This document shows, piece after piece, positions 39,901 through 53,139 of a stretch of 64,000 nt of DNA. Location: the NCBI GenBank assembly GCA_010909165.1, contig VJWM01000144.1, positions 248,001 through 312,000 of the forward strand. The letters run 5' to 3'. Position 1 is the first letter of the stretch, and every line of letters starts with the position of its first letter. The translations under genes were made by a program, and so were the position numbers. This DNA comes from Anthoceros angustus. Lineage: Eukaryota > Plantae > Anthocerotophyta. The notes beneath the pieces are model-generated. The model worked only from the letters and a program-made list of their open reading frames with translations. It made no database searches and had not been told where the DNA came from.

Positions 39901-42685
39901 CTATATCAGAGGGAGGAGGTTCTTACAGCTGACGAGTTGGAAGAAGCCAAGATAGAAGCTACTCTGGTGAGGGTAGCGGAAGGAGAGCCATCGGCCCCGG
40001 AGGATGAAGAGACAGATGAGGCCCCGGGCAAGAGACCGCCACGCCCGCGAACCAACATGAGGCCTCGTGATCGTGGAACCCAACAAGAGAAAGGGAAGAA
40101 GGCTATAGAAGCACCTCCTACGAGGAAGGAGGAAAGGATACGAGACCACCTACCGAGGGTTGAGGATTGGAAGGCCGACAACACCAGTGGTAGGAGTGAA
40201 CCCCTACAGGGACCTGTGGAGGAGGACCCACGGTAGGAGCTTTACCTCCCACCAAGAAGTAGTAACAAGACTTGAGGCAGACTGAGAAGAACGCCGAGGA
40301 ATTGGTGACCCACGCACCAACAGGAGGAGCGGAAGTGTTTGAGAACACCGCATCCCATGAGGGTAGTTGCCGAGAAGGAAGTGGGCAGGATCTATGGACG
40401 CCCTAGTGGACCGTGTCGGAGGTGACCAAGTTCGTGAACTCGAGACCTACGAAAGGAGCCGGAGGATGCCGAGAAGAAATTGAGAGGAGCTCAAAACCAC
40501 CTCCGAGAAGCAACACTGCTAGATCCGCCAAAGAGCGACAGATGACCACCAAGTTGGTGAATGTGGGAAATGATTGACGTCTTAGGACAGAGGCAAAATC
40601 AGCCAAGAGGGCGAGGAGTTGGAAGCCAGAAGGAGGCGTAAGGAAAGTTGGAAGCTACCCTAGCAAGGGTAGGACACATCGAACGCAGCAAGGAGGAGGC
40701 AAGATTCACTAGCAAGGCCCGACCTTGAAGACGAAGGACCTCCTACGAAGAAGTTAGTTGCCATGGAGCAACGGAAGGAGCATTACAAGGGAAAATACAC
40801 TTGGTGAAGGAACGACAAGGATGGGACAATGTGACTAAGGGTCACAAAGAGGAGCTCAGACACGAGAGAACTTTTGGAGCAAAGAACGAAGAAGGCCGAC
40901 GACCTTACCCACGCCTATGAAACGGAGGCAAGGAACGCCAAGGAAGTTTTGATGGCCCAACGATCTTTGGAGGGTCTTCAGTCATTCGAGGAGCAAAGTA
41001 GAGCGATCACATAGTGAAACGATGGCGATGGAAGCCATGGAGAAAGATAAGGAGATTGGGAGGCTTGCCCGGAGTTGGAGAGAGCGGTAGTGGAGAAAGA
41101 GGCCGCATTGGTAGGAGTGACAAATCAGCCGGTGGGACGAAAAGGCCATCCCACTAAGGGTCCGCATCATGGACGACAAAAGAAGGAGAGTGGTAGGGTG
41201 GCGACCTACTACAACAACCTCCTAGAAGCGATTGAGGAACGCCACAAAGGAGGAAGACGAAGAAACAGACCTCACTGCTCGACGCCAAGTGGAATGGCAC
41301 CGGAGGTCAAACTTTGAGTTGGTACAAGGAAAGCCAGTGGGCTAGACATAGCCGAGCGAGCGATCAAGAAGCACCCACGGCGACGCCAGAGAACCTCCCG
41401 AGACGGTGGAGCTATCAAGCGGGAGGAAGAGACGATGGTAGGATGGTACTACCAAAGTTCCTACTGTAGGAACTGCTGAAGAGGAGGAGGTGACCGAAGG
41501 AAGGGTACCTCCGGCCACGAAACCCAGCCGTGAGGGAAGGTACCCCATAGCAAGATCCAAACAGAGGTAGGAGACGAACCGCCTACCAAGAAGACGAGAA
41601 GAGGGGAGGAACCCATCGAGGATGAACGGTAGGAGGAATGGAACCTCCTACCATGGAAGACCTACCACCGAGGGGCCGACGAGGGCTACTGTGCATAGTC
41701 CCGAGAAGACTCGGAGGTGGGCAAGGCTAAGCGACCCATCAAGGGGAAGACATTGAAGCTGAGGCGAACAAAAAGCAGCGAACGAGGATGTCGAGGACCT
41801 TTTCGAGGACGTTTTGTCCCAAGTGGTGCACACCTTGGGAAGTGTGAGTATTTAAGAGTGGCGGCAGATAGACAGGATATTCGTCAAGGTGAGTGGGAGG
41901 AGAGGACGAACAAGGGCCGATAAGAGTCCTATTGTTGGACTTGGCAAGTCGCCTAGCATTAAACTAGCACGAGTGGCGACTCCCCACCTATAAAAGGGAG
42001 GGTGGAAGAATGAATAAACACCGACCTTGCTTTGTCATGCATTCTTCGCCTCCGCGCATCCCTTTGTGTGTGTGCTGACCGCCCGCCAAGCGACGAGAAG
42101 GCGAAGGGTGGGTTCGGTCGGAGGCCCTCGCGGTGGGGTTCGCCAACGCAGCTCCTCCTCTCGTGAAAGATTGTTGTTGGATGTGCTTTGTGTTTCAGGT
42201 GGCCTCGCAGGATCGGCGCCGACTACGCCGCTGTGTTCGCACGCAATCGCCCGAGAGAAATACCAGTCCACCCTGTGCCCAGCAAGGGAGGCGCGCAAAC
42301 CGCGAACGCTACAGTAGAGTTAGATTTGGGGATCGAATGAAGTGAGTCCGTATGTGGTGGTCCGTGAGCTATGTTTCTTTTGAGAATGGTGAAGAGGTTG
42401 GCTATGGGTGTGTCGTTGTAGAGTGAATTGATCGTTGTAGTTGGCGAGGAGAGTGTTGAGGTGGAGGGAATCTCGAAGGCGTGGAGCGCGCCTGGGCCGA
42501 GCAACCCAAACGCATAACACCGCTTTGTTGCCCACATCGAGGACAAGTAGACCGGCGAGAGTGAGAGTGAGAGGAACGACTGCAAACAATCCGAACCAAA
42601 TCTCTTGGGATCGAACCCACGATTCAACGACTGTGGATAAGTGTGGCCACCGAGGCAAGCTGGTGACCGAGGCAAACCTACCACA
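36983..42685 (+). repeat. 3' LTR of the gypsy element (contains a ~1.35-kb internal tandem duplication, ~38110-40805)
   Basis: TGTGGAAC...CTACCACA; colinear with the 5' LTR. Confidence 0.9.
37870..41923 (+). pseudogene. Long accessory ORF inside the 3' LTR
   Basis: The longest intact piece is 39373-40236 (287 aa): KWNLFAKIWL...HLMMMYEMSQGKLVDWATILY...FVSTFLVHLY, then acidic/low-complexity and coiled-coil-like segments. Confidence 0.65.
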
Positions 42686-44317
42686 TATGCACAAAGCTTT
42701 TGTACCATTCGGATACCTCATAACTCCTTTTTATCGCCTCCCAATGCTTCTTGCCGTGGTTTGACATAAACCGCTAACCACTCCCCACGCAAAGGCAATG
42801 TCGACGTAGCAATCATTGCATACATCAAACTCCCTACGGTGATGAGTATGGGACCTTCTCCATTTCACTTTGTCCTCCTCGTAGCTTGGGCAATCCGCGC
42901 TTGAAAGTTTCACATATGGAGGCAATGGAGTACCCAATGGCTTCCCTTCTCCATGTTGAAACGTTGAAGCACTGTTAATGTATTCCGTCGAGACAAATAA
43001 AGCACGCTTATGTCTGCTCCGAATACGCATGCCAAGTATATGGCTCGCCTCCCAAGTCTGTCATTTCAAAGTGAGCATTCAACTTTGACTTCAACAAAAT
43101 CTCATCAAGATCGCTTCAAAGAATTAGCATATCATCCACATAGAGGATCAAAATGAGCAAGCTTTGATCCTTAGCTTGCTTCAGATAGAGGCAATGATCC
43201 TCATCGCTACGTTTGTAGCCTTGAGAAAGCATAAATGAGTGGAACTTGTGATACCACTGGGTGCCTGTTTCAAACCATAAAGGCTCTTCCTCAACTCGCA
43301 CACCGATGCTCTTTGCCCTTCTCAACAAAACCTTCCGTTGTCGCATGTAGACTTCCTCTTGAAGGTCACCATGCAAGAATGCCGCTTGACATCCATCCGC
43401 AAGTTCCATATCATCCGGCAACCAAAGCAAGAACACATCGCAAAGTTGTCATTTTGACTCGGTGAGAAAATCTCATCAAAGTCAATGCCTGTTGTTGCTT
43501 GAAACCCTTAGCAACCAATCGTGCCTTGTACTTTGGTTTGCCATCAAGCGGTATGACCTTCATCTTGTACACCCATTTGCAGAGTGCCTTCTTATCCTAG
43601 GCAACCGAACCAACTCCCAAGTTTGGTTCTTATGCATAATTCATTTATGATCGCATGGCCTTCTCCACTCTTTGTTACTCATTGACATGGCCTCTTTGTA
43701 AGAAGAGGGTTCCCACAATCTGTCAAGATGACATAATCCAGAGATGGATCATACCGTGAGGTCGTGTAATCCCGACCTACGGCATGTGCACCTCTATAGG
43801 AGCTTGTTCGACTCTTGGTTCATCTATCGGAGGAATGTGCTCGCACATTACCACGGTTATCAACCCGCCCATGATGATCATGTCCATCTTCTTGAAGATC
43901 ACCCTTCGCACCTCCACTTGGAGTAGGCTTCCTGCATCTTGTTCTCATTGAAGAACACGTCGTTAGTACGAACAACCTTTCTAGCCTCGATCCCACAAAC
44001 GGTATCCCATCTCACGGAATCACCATAGCCAAGAAAAATACATTTCTTGGACTTAGGTGCCAACTTGTCCCGAAACTCTTTTGGAACATGGCAAGATGCC
44101 TCACAAACACTCGCAGATGCTTGTAGGATGGTTTCTTTCCGGACCATAGCTCCTCGAACTCGCTCATCAACCTTATTAGGAGATCATTAATAAGATGAAC
44201 TGCAGACATCTCCCAAAACCCATTAGGCAATCCGTAGTTTGACAACAAACTACGCATCCTCTCCTCGAATGGTTCTTTCATCCGCCACCACACCATTTTG
44301 TGGAGGAGTATACGCTA
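42686..44317 (-). pseudogene. Copia B RT and integrase C-terminus (copy 1)
   Basis: AFLHGDLQEEVYM; ILILYVDDMLI; RPDIAFA. Confidence 0.92.
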
Positions 44318-44638
44318 ATTCTTTTGAGAATGGTGAAGAGGTTGGCTATGGGTGTGTCGTTGTAGAGTGAATTGATCGTTGTAGTTGGCAGGAGAGTGTT
44401 GAGGTGGAGGAATCACGGAAGGCGTGGAGGCGCGTGGGCGATAACCCAAACGCATAACACCGCTTTGTTGCCCACATCGAGGACAAGTAGGCAAGGCGGA
44501 TGGCGAGTGAGAGAGTGAGAGGAACGACTGCAAACAATCCGAACCAAATCTCTTGGGATCGAACCTCGTATTCAACGGCCAGTGGGATAAGTGTGGCCAC
44601 CGAGGCAAGCTTCCGGTGACCGAGGCAAACCTACCACA
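44318..44638 (+). repeat. Extra copy of the last ~320 bp of the gypsy LTR
   Basis: Matches 42375-42685; followed by CATAT; left junction microhomology TTCTTTTGA. Confidence 0.9.
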
Positions 44639-44643
44639 CATAT

Positions 44644-47600
44644 GCACAAAGCTTTTGTACCATTCAGATACCTCATAACTTCTTTTACCGCCTCCCAATG
44701 CTTCTTGCCGGTTTGACATAAACACTAACCACTCCCACGCAAAGGCAATGTCGGGGCGTAGCAATCATTGCATACATCAAACTCCCTACACCGATGAGTA
44801 TGGGACCTTCTCCATTTCACTTTGTCCTCCTCGAGCTTGGGCAATCCGCGCTTGAAAGTTTCACATATGGAGGCAATGGAGTACCCAATGGCTTCCCTTC
44901 TCCATGTTGAAACGTTGAAGCACCACATTAATGTATTCCGTCGAGACAAATAAAGCGGATGTATATACATTACGAATGCCAAGTATATGGCTCGCCTCTC
45001 CCAAGTCTGTCATTTCAAAGTGAGCATTCAACTTTGACTTCAACAAAATCTCATCGATCTTGTTCCAATTAGCATATCATCCACATAGAGGATCAAAATG
45101 AGCAAGCTTTGATCCTTAGCTTGCTTCGTATAGAGGCAATGATCCTCATCGCTACGTTTGTAGCCTTGAGAAAGCATAAATGAGTGGAACTTGTGATACC
45201 ACTCTCTGGGTGCCCGTTTCAAACCATAAAGGCTCTTCCATAACCTGCACACCAGATGCTCTTTGCCCTTCTCAACAAAACCTTCTGGTTGCTGCATGTA
45301 GACTTCCTCTTGAAGGTCACCATGCAAGAATGCCGTCTTGACATCCATCTGTACAAGTTCCATATCATTCCTGGCAACCAAAGCAAGAACACATCGCAAA
45401 GTTGTCATTTTGACTACTGGTGAGAAAATCTCATCAAAGTCAATGCCTGGTTGTTGCTTGAAACCCTTAGCAACCAATCGTGCCTTGTACTTTGGTTTGC
45501 CATCAAGCGGTATGACCTTCATCTTGTACACCCATTTGCAGTGCCTTCTTATCCTAGGCAACCAACCAACTCCCAAGTTTGGTTCTTATGCAGCGAATTC
45601 ATTTCTGCATGGCCTTCTCCCACTTCTGTTTGTTACTCATTGACATGGCCTCTTTGTAAGAAGAGGGTTCCCCACAATCTGTCAGCATGACATAATCCAG
45701 AGATGGATCATACCTGTCAGGAGGTCGTGTAATCCTGCCTGACCTACGAAGCACAGGCACCTCTATAGGAGCTTGTTCGACTCTTGGTTCATCTACCGGT
45801 GGAGGAATGTGCTCCTGCACATTACCACGGTTATCAACCTGCCCATGATGATCATGTCCATCTTCTTGGAAGATCACCCTTCGCACCTCCACAGTTGGAG
45901 TAGGCTTCCTGTGCATCTTGTTCTCATTGAAGAACACGTCGTTAGTACGAACAACCTTTCTAGCCTCTGGATCCCACAAACGGTATCCCATCTCACGGAA
46001 TCACCATAGCCAAGAAAAATACATTTCTTGGACTTAGGTGCCAACTTGTCCCGAAACTCTTTTGGAACATGGCAAGATGCCTCACAAACACTCGCAGATG
46101 CTTGTAGGATGGTTTCTTTCCGGACCATAGCTCCTCGAACTCGCTCATCAACCTTATTAGGAGATCGTTAATAAGATGAACTGCAGACATCGCCCAAAAC
46201 CCATTAGGCAATCCGTAGTTTGACAACAAACTACGCATCCTCTCCTCGAATGGTTCTTTCATCCGCCACCACACCATTTTGTGGAGGAGTATACGCTAAT
46301 TTCTTTTGATTCCTTGGAATCAGTAATGACCGAAAGCTGAAACATACTTCCACCATTATCCGCCCTTAGACACTTCAATCGGTGGCCGATCGATTCTCTA
46401 CAAGGGTGACAAATTTCAAACACCGTAACTTCATCCTTTTTCCTCAAAGGATAAACCCACACCTTGCGTGAGAAAATCATCTATGAAAGTGACAAAATAG
46501 AGGCACCGCCTAATGATGCAGAGGCATAGGTCCACATACATCACGTGAACCAACTCAAGAGGTTTACTACTTTTACCTCTTGTTCGATGTGATGATTTTG
46601 TCTTTCCCATATAAACAAAGGCTCACACATCGAGAGATCGAGAAGTTAAGAATGTGGATATAACCGTAACGAGATAAAACCTTCATTCCCTTCTCGAGAC
46701 ATATGTCCTAACCGCAATGCCACAAGGAAACATTTGGTTGCTCCACATGATCATCACATGATCTTTGATTACTCAAGTGAGTACAAAGTGCCACACTTCG
46801 ATCCACGAGCTAACACAAGAGAACCTTTGGAGATCTTCCAAGAGTGATCCCCAAACCAAGTGGTAACCAAAGATCATCCAACCGCCGCGCTAATCATGCT
46901 TTTTGTCAACTTCGAACATGCCTAACGCCCTTCAAAGATGAATGAAGATCCGTTGTCAAACTTGAGTTGCACATCACCACGCCGCGATCCGCATGCATAG
47001 TTATTTCCAAGCCTAACATCCTTTCCTTGTAGCATCATACGTGCTAAACCACTCTATGAGGAGTAACATGGAAAGATGCACCGAGTCAATTATCCAATTG
47101 CGTAATAAATGACTATCCACGGTATTAATTGTGCAAAGATTCAAGTAAGAAGAGATAAGGACATCTCCGTCCTCAGTTTAACTCTTCCAACTCGACATTT
47201 AAGTCGCCTTCTTGTCGCCCCGCTTCTTCTTTTCCTTGGTCCTTTTGAACTTCTCGCACTCTCTTTTGAAGTGACCCTTTTGTGACAATAGTGACACTCC
47301 ACATTCTTGTTACGACTACGAGATTTGCTACGAGAAAAGCTTCCGTTGCTTCCCTTCGCAGGGACCTCCCTCTCACTATGAGGGCACCGGAACCTTTGGA
47401 AGGTTCCATGTTTTTCTGTTCACCTCCTCGCCAATGTGCTACCTTCTACATTTACAATGGTAAGACCACTAGCAGGCGTAATTACTCGAGTCGCATTTAA
47501 AAGTGTCCCAACTCTCGTAATGTGACCAATGAAACATAGCTCTCACTAACTGGGAACGTGATACCTTGAGATGAGAGTCGGCTGAAAATGGTATTGAAAT

Positions 47601-47790
47601 CATTCGATGATCGGACATCCTCGTCCCTTCCTTCATCTTCAAGTCCACCAGCTTCAACCAATACACCGAGAAGCCGCACTTTGCTTCTCATACAGTCACA
47701 TACCGCCATCCGTAACTCGTGGTCTTATCTTTCACATTGAAGTACACTGCTTTTGACAATGTTAGCATGATAGTAGATCTAGCAAGCTCA
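44644..47790 (-). pseudogene. Copia B gag-PR-INT-RT (copy 2)
   Basis: ORF 45040-45576 is an intact RT segment (WVYKMK...FSPVVKMTTLR...DVKTAFLHGDL...LYVDDML); SRKVWVYPLRKKDEV; WIIDS; ECHYCHKRGH knuckle. Confidence 0.93.
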
Positions 47791-50700
47791 TCCGCCACCA
47801 CACCATTTTGTGGAGGAGTATACGCATAATTCTCTTTTGATTCCTTGGAATCAGTAATGACCGGAAAGCAAACATACTTCCACCATTATCCGCCCTTAGA
47901 CACTTCAATCGGTGATCGATTCTCTACAAGGGTGACAAATTTCAAACACCGTAACTTCATCCTTTTTCCTCAAAGGATAAAACCCACACCTTGCGTGAGA
48001 AATCATCTATGAAAGTGACAAAATAGAGGCACCGCCTAATGATGCAGAGGCATAGGTCCACATACATCACGTGAACCAACTCAAGAGGTTTACTACTTTT
48101 ACCTCTTGTTCGATGTGATGATTTTGTCTATTTCCCATATAAACAAAGGCTCACACATCGAGAGATCGAGAAGTTAACAGGATATAACCGTAACGAGATA
48201 AAACCTTCATTCCCTTCTCGAGACATATGTCCTAACCGCAATGCCACAAGGAAACATTTGGTTGCTCACATCACATGATCTTTGACAAGAAGCAAGTGAG
48301 TACAAAGTGCCACACTCGATCCACGAGCTAACAAGAGAACCTTTGGAGATCTTCCAAGAGTGATCCCCAAACCAGAAGTGGTAACCAAAGATCATCCAAC
48401 CGCCGCGCTAATCATGCTTTTTGTCAACTTCGAACATGCCTAACGCCCTTCAAAGATGAATGAAGATCCGTTGTCAAACTTGAGTTGCACATCACCACGC
48501 CCGCGATCCGCATGCATAGTTATTTCCAAGCCTAACGCATCCTTTCCTTGTAGCATCATCGTGCTAAACCACTCTATGAGGAGTAACATGGAAAGATGCA
48601 CCGAGTCAATTATCCAATTGCGTAATAAATGACTATCCACGGTAATTGTGCAAGATTCAAGTAAGAAGAGATAAGGACATCTCCGTCCTCAATGTAGTTT
48701 AACTCTTCCAACTCGACATTTAAGTCGCCTTCTTGTCGTCTTCTTGGTCCTTTTGAACTTCTCGCACTCTCTTTTGAAGTGACCCCTTTTGTGACAATAG
48801 TGACACTCCACATTCTTGTTACGACTACGAGATTTGCTACGAGAAAAGCTTCCGTCCGGTTGCTTCCCTTCGCAGCGGGACCTCCCTCTCACTATGAGGG
48901 CACCGGAACCTTTGGAAGGTTCCATATTTTCCTGCTCACCTCCTCGCCAATGTGCTACCTTCTACATTTACAATGGTAAGACCACTAGCCGTAATTACTC
49001 GTAGTCGCGAAAGTGTCCCAACTCTCGTAATGTGACCAATGAAACATAGCTCTCACTAACTGGGAACGTGATACCTTGAGATGAGAGTCGGCTGAAAATG
49101 GTATTGAAATCATTCGATGATCGGACATCCTCGTCCCTTCCTTCATCTTCAAGTCCACCACCGCTTCAACCAATACACCGAGAAGCCGCACTTTGCTTCT
49201 CATACAGTCACATACCGCCATCCGTAACTCGTGGTCTTATCTTTCACATTGAAGTACACTGCTTTTGACAATGTTAGCATGATAGTAGATCTAGCAAGCT
49301 CATCCAGTCCCGCCACTCATCCCGTGTCATACTATCCGGTTTGACGCCTAACAACTTTATGGGCTTGATCCGCTTTTCGCACTAGAACATTATACACTTG
49401 TTCTTTCCAACGGAAGTTAGTACCATCTAACTTCTCGATATTGAACATGACGCTCGATGATGAAGACATCATGACTCAAAATACATTCTTGGACTTAGGT
49501 GCCAACTTGTCCCGAAACTCTTTTGGAACATGGCGGTATGCCTCACAAACACTCGCAGATGCTTGTAGGATGGTTTCTTTCCGGACCATAGCTCCTCGAA
49601 CTCGCTCATCAACCTTATTAGGAGATCTAATAAGATGAATAAGAACATACGCCCAAAACCCATTAGGCAATCCGAGTTTGACAACAAACTACGATCCTCT
49701 CCTCGAATGGTTCTGCTCATCCGCCGCCCACACCATTTTGTGGAGGAGTATACGGCGCAATTCTCTTTTGATTCCTTGGAATCACAGAATGACCGAAAGC
49801 TGAAACATACTCTCCACCATTATCTCCTTAGACACTTCAATCGGTGGCGGATCGATTCTCTACAAGGGTGACAAATTTCAAACACCGTAACTTCATCCTT
49901 TTTCCTCAAAGGATAAAACCCACACCTTGCGTGAGAAATCATCTATGAAAGTGACAAAATAGGAGGCACGCCTAATGATGCAGAGGCATAGGTCCACATA
50001 CATCACTGAACCAACTCAAGAGGTTTACTCTACTTTTACCTCTTGTTCGATGTGATGATTTTGTCTGCTTCCCATATAACTGCTCACACATCGAGAGAAG
50101 TTAAGAACAGGATATAACCGTAACGAGATAAAACCTTCATTCCCTTCGAGACATATGTCCTAACCGCAATGCCACAAGGAAACATTTGGTTGCTCACATC
50201 ACATGATCTTTGGTGTTTACAAGTGAGTACAAAGTGCCACACTTGATCCACGAGCTAACACAAGAGAACCTTTGGAGATCTTCCAAGAGTGATCCCCAAA
50301 CCAGAAGTGGTAACCAAAGATCATCCAACCGCCGCGCTAATCATGCTTTTTGTCAACTTCGAACATGCCTAACGCCCTTCAAAGATGAATGAAGATCCGT
50401 TGTCAAACTTGAGTTGCACATCACCACGCCCGCGATCCGCATGCATAGTTATTTCCAAGCCTAACATCCTTTCCTTGTAGCATCATACGTGCTAAACCAC
50501 TCTATGAGGAGTAACATGGAAAGATGCACCGAGTCAATTATCCAATTGCGTAATAAATGACTATCCACGGTGTTAATGCGCATTCAAGTAAGAAGAGATA
50601 AGGACATCTCCGTCCTCAGTTTAACTCTTCCAACTCGACATTTAAGTCGCCTTCTTGTCGTCACCTTCTTCTCTTTTCCTTGGTCCTTTTGAACTTCTCG

Positions 50701-51393
50701 CACTCTCTTTTGAAGTGACCCTTTTGTGACAATAGTGACACTCCACATTCTTGTTACGACTACGAGATTTGCTACGAGAAAAGCTTCTCCTTGCTTCCCT
50801 TCGCAGTGGACCTCCCTCTCACTATGAGGGCACGGAACCTTTGGAAGGTTCCATGTTTTTCTGTTCACCTCCTCGTTAACAGCTACCTTCTACATTTACA
50901 ATGGTAAGACCACTAGCGAGGCGGAATTACATGCGAAGGTCCCAACTCTCGTAATGTGACCAAAACATAGCTCTCACGGAACTGGGAACGTGATACCTTG
51001 AGATGAGAGTCGGCTGAAAATGGTATTGAAATCATTCGATGATCGGACATCCTCGTCCCTTCCTTCATCTTCAAGTCCACCATTTTGTTTCAACCAATAC
51101 ACGAAGCCGCACTTTGCTTCTCATACAGTCACATACCGCCATCCGTAACTCGTGGTCTTATCTTTCACATTGAAGTACACTGTTTTGACAATGTTAGCAT
51201 GATAGTAGATCTAGCAAGCTCATCCAGTCCCGCCACTCATCCCGTGTCATACTATCCGGTTTGACGCCTAACAACTTTATGGGCTTGATCCGCTTTTCGC
51301 ACTAGAACATTATACACTTGTTCTTTCCAACGGAAGTTAGTACCATCTAACTTCTCGATATTGAACATGACGCTCGATGATGAAGACATCATG
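47791..51393 (-). pseudogene. Two further copies of copia B gag-PR-INT (47791-49475 and 49476-51393); gag start near 51393
   Basis: Minus strand MMSSSSSVMFNIEKLDGTNF; repeated blocks with junction microhomologies TCATCC and AAAAAT. Confidence 0.88.
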
Positions 51394-51509
51394 ACTCAAA
51401 AATCGATACGATAAAACACTCAACTCGCCTTGTTAGAAAAGTCAAAGAAAAAATCACCGTCGTGTATTTTGCCGCTGATTCCACGAGTATCCGCAATATT
51501 TCGAATTTT

Positions 51510-52120
51510 CGCCGCCGCGCCACGCGCGCGCCCGCCACCGCCGCGCCACCGCCGCGCCGCGCCGCGCGCCACGCCCGCGGCGCCGCGCCAGCGCCGCGCC
51601 GCGCCGCGCGCGGCCCGCGGCCACGCGGCGCGGCCGCGCGCGGCGCCACCGCCCGCGGCGCGCGCTCGCCCGCTCGCGGCGCGGCGCGCTGCGGCGCGCT
51701 GCGGCGGCGCGCGCCACCGCGCTGGCCCCGCGGCGCTGCGCGCTGCGCGCCGCGCTGCGCCACGCGGGCGCTGCGCGCCGCGCTCGCGCGCGGCCGCGCC
51801 ACCGCGCTCGCGCCGCTGGCGCCGCGGCGCCTGCGCGCCGCCCCGCTGGCCCGCCGCCGCTGCGCCGCGCGCGCCACGGCCGCGCCACCGCCGCGCTGGC
51901 GCGCGCCACGCGCGCGCGGCTCGCGCGCCGCGCTGGCGCGCCGCCCGCGGCCGCGCCCGGCGCGCGCGGCGCCCGCGGCCGCGCTGCGGCCGCTGCGCCG
52001 GCGCGCCGCCGCCGCGCCGCGCGGCCGCGCTGCGGCCGCGCGGCCGCCGCGCGGCTCGCGCCGCGGCGCCCGCCGCCCGCGGCCCGCCGCGCCACGCCCG
52101 CGCCGCGCTGGCGCGCCGCG
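51510..52120. repeat. Extremely GC-rich low-complexity tract in the copia B leader
   Basis: About 610 bp almost entirely C and G, built from degenerate CCGCGCC/GCGCCGC units, between the PBS and the gag start. Confidence 0.9.
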
Positions 52121-52201
52121 ATATGGGATCACCGCAATTCCACGAGCTCGCCGCGCCACCGCAGCCTAGAAAATTCTAGCATCACAACACAACCAAACCA
52201 A

Positions 52202-52213
52202 GGCTCGATACCG
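52202..52213 (-). promoter_or_regulatory. Degenerate tRNA-iMet PBS of copia B
   Basis: + strand GGCTCGATACCG is close to the reverse complement of TGGTATCAGAGCC, 2 nt from the LTR end. Confidence 0.75.
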
Positions 52214-52215
52214 CT

Positions 52216-53023
52216 TGAAGGATCGTGGCCATGGTGGAAAGAGGAGAGGAGAGGAGGCAAGAGTAGCTCTCTCACATTGAGATGAGGCTTGAGGGTATTT
52301 ATACCCTCCAATAGGCTCCTAGAAGCTCCACAAGAAGCTCCTAGGAAGGAGCACAAGAAGCTTCCTAGTGATTAGCTTAAGCTAAACTAATGATACTTAA
52401 TCGACACCTAACTTAGACTAAGTGTATTAGAAGGAAGCAAATGGATCTCTCTCACATTGAGATGAGGCTCTAGGGTATTTATACCTCCAACAGGCTCCCT
52501 AGGAAGCTCCACAAGAAGCCCCTAGGAAGGAGCACAAGAAGCTTCCTAGTGATTAGCTTCAGCTAAACTAATGATACTTAATCGACACCCAACTTAGACT
52601 AAGTGTATTAGTCTAAGTACATTGGGCTTTAATACCCTTACAACTCTCACATTGAGATGAGGCTCTAGGGTATTTATACCTCCAACAGGCTCCTAGAAGC
52701 TCCACAAGAAGCCCCTAGGAAGGAGCACAAGAAGCTTCCTAGTGATTAGCTAAACTAATGATACTTAATCGACACCTAACTTAGACTAAGTGTATTAGTC
52801 TAAGTACATTGGGCTTTAATACCCTTACAACTCTCACATTGAGATGAGGCTCTAGGGTATTTATACCTCCAACAGGCTCCCTAGGAAGCTCCACAATAAG
52901 CCCCTAGGAAGGAGCACAAGAAGCTTCCTAGTGATTAGCTTCACTAAACTAATGATACTTAATCGACACCTAACTTAGACTAAGTGTATTAGTCTAAGTA
53001 CATTGGGCTTTAATACCCTTACA
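52216..53023 (-). repeat. Tandem array of four partial or complete copia B LTR copies
   Basis: Units 52216-52430, 52431-52642, 52643-52829 and 52830-53023; the last three end in CCCTTACA. Confidence 0.9.
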
Positions 53024-53139
53024 GGATGTGAACATCGTGTGCTCCGTGAGAACTGGAGAACATATATATCTAGTTAGATATTTGTCTCCTAACTTTCTGA
53101 ACAGCAACACTATAGATGTAGAAATAGATGTTCCCAAAT

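Larger units (their letters stand above)
24801..42685 (+). mobile_element. Ty3/gypsy LTR retrotransposon, non-chromovirus (Athila-like), inserted in copia B at the RT/RH junction
   Basis: LTRs TGTGGAAC...CTACCACA; TSD CATAT (24796-24800, best preserved after the duplicate LTR end at 44639-44643); PBS, PPT and gag-PR-RT-RH-INT order. Removing it restores the copia reading GTKALCICFGSEDA. Confidence 0.94.
24048..53023 (-). mobile_element. Ty1/copia LTR retrotransposon B (Tnt1-like), with nested gypsy element and internal duplications
   Basis: 3' LTR at 24048-24300, PPT at 24301-24311, PBS at 52202-52213, 5' LTR array at 52216-53023; GGATGT on both flanks (24042-24047 and 53024-53029); copia gag-pol on the minus strand. 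Confidence 0.92.

Noticed and set aside
51389-52179. Four overlapping 213-256-aa Ala/Arg/Pro-rich ORFs
   Set aside because: Stop codons are absent simply because the tract has almost no A or T; all frames are open.
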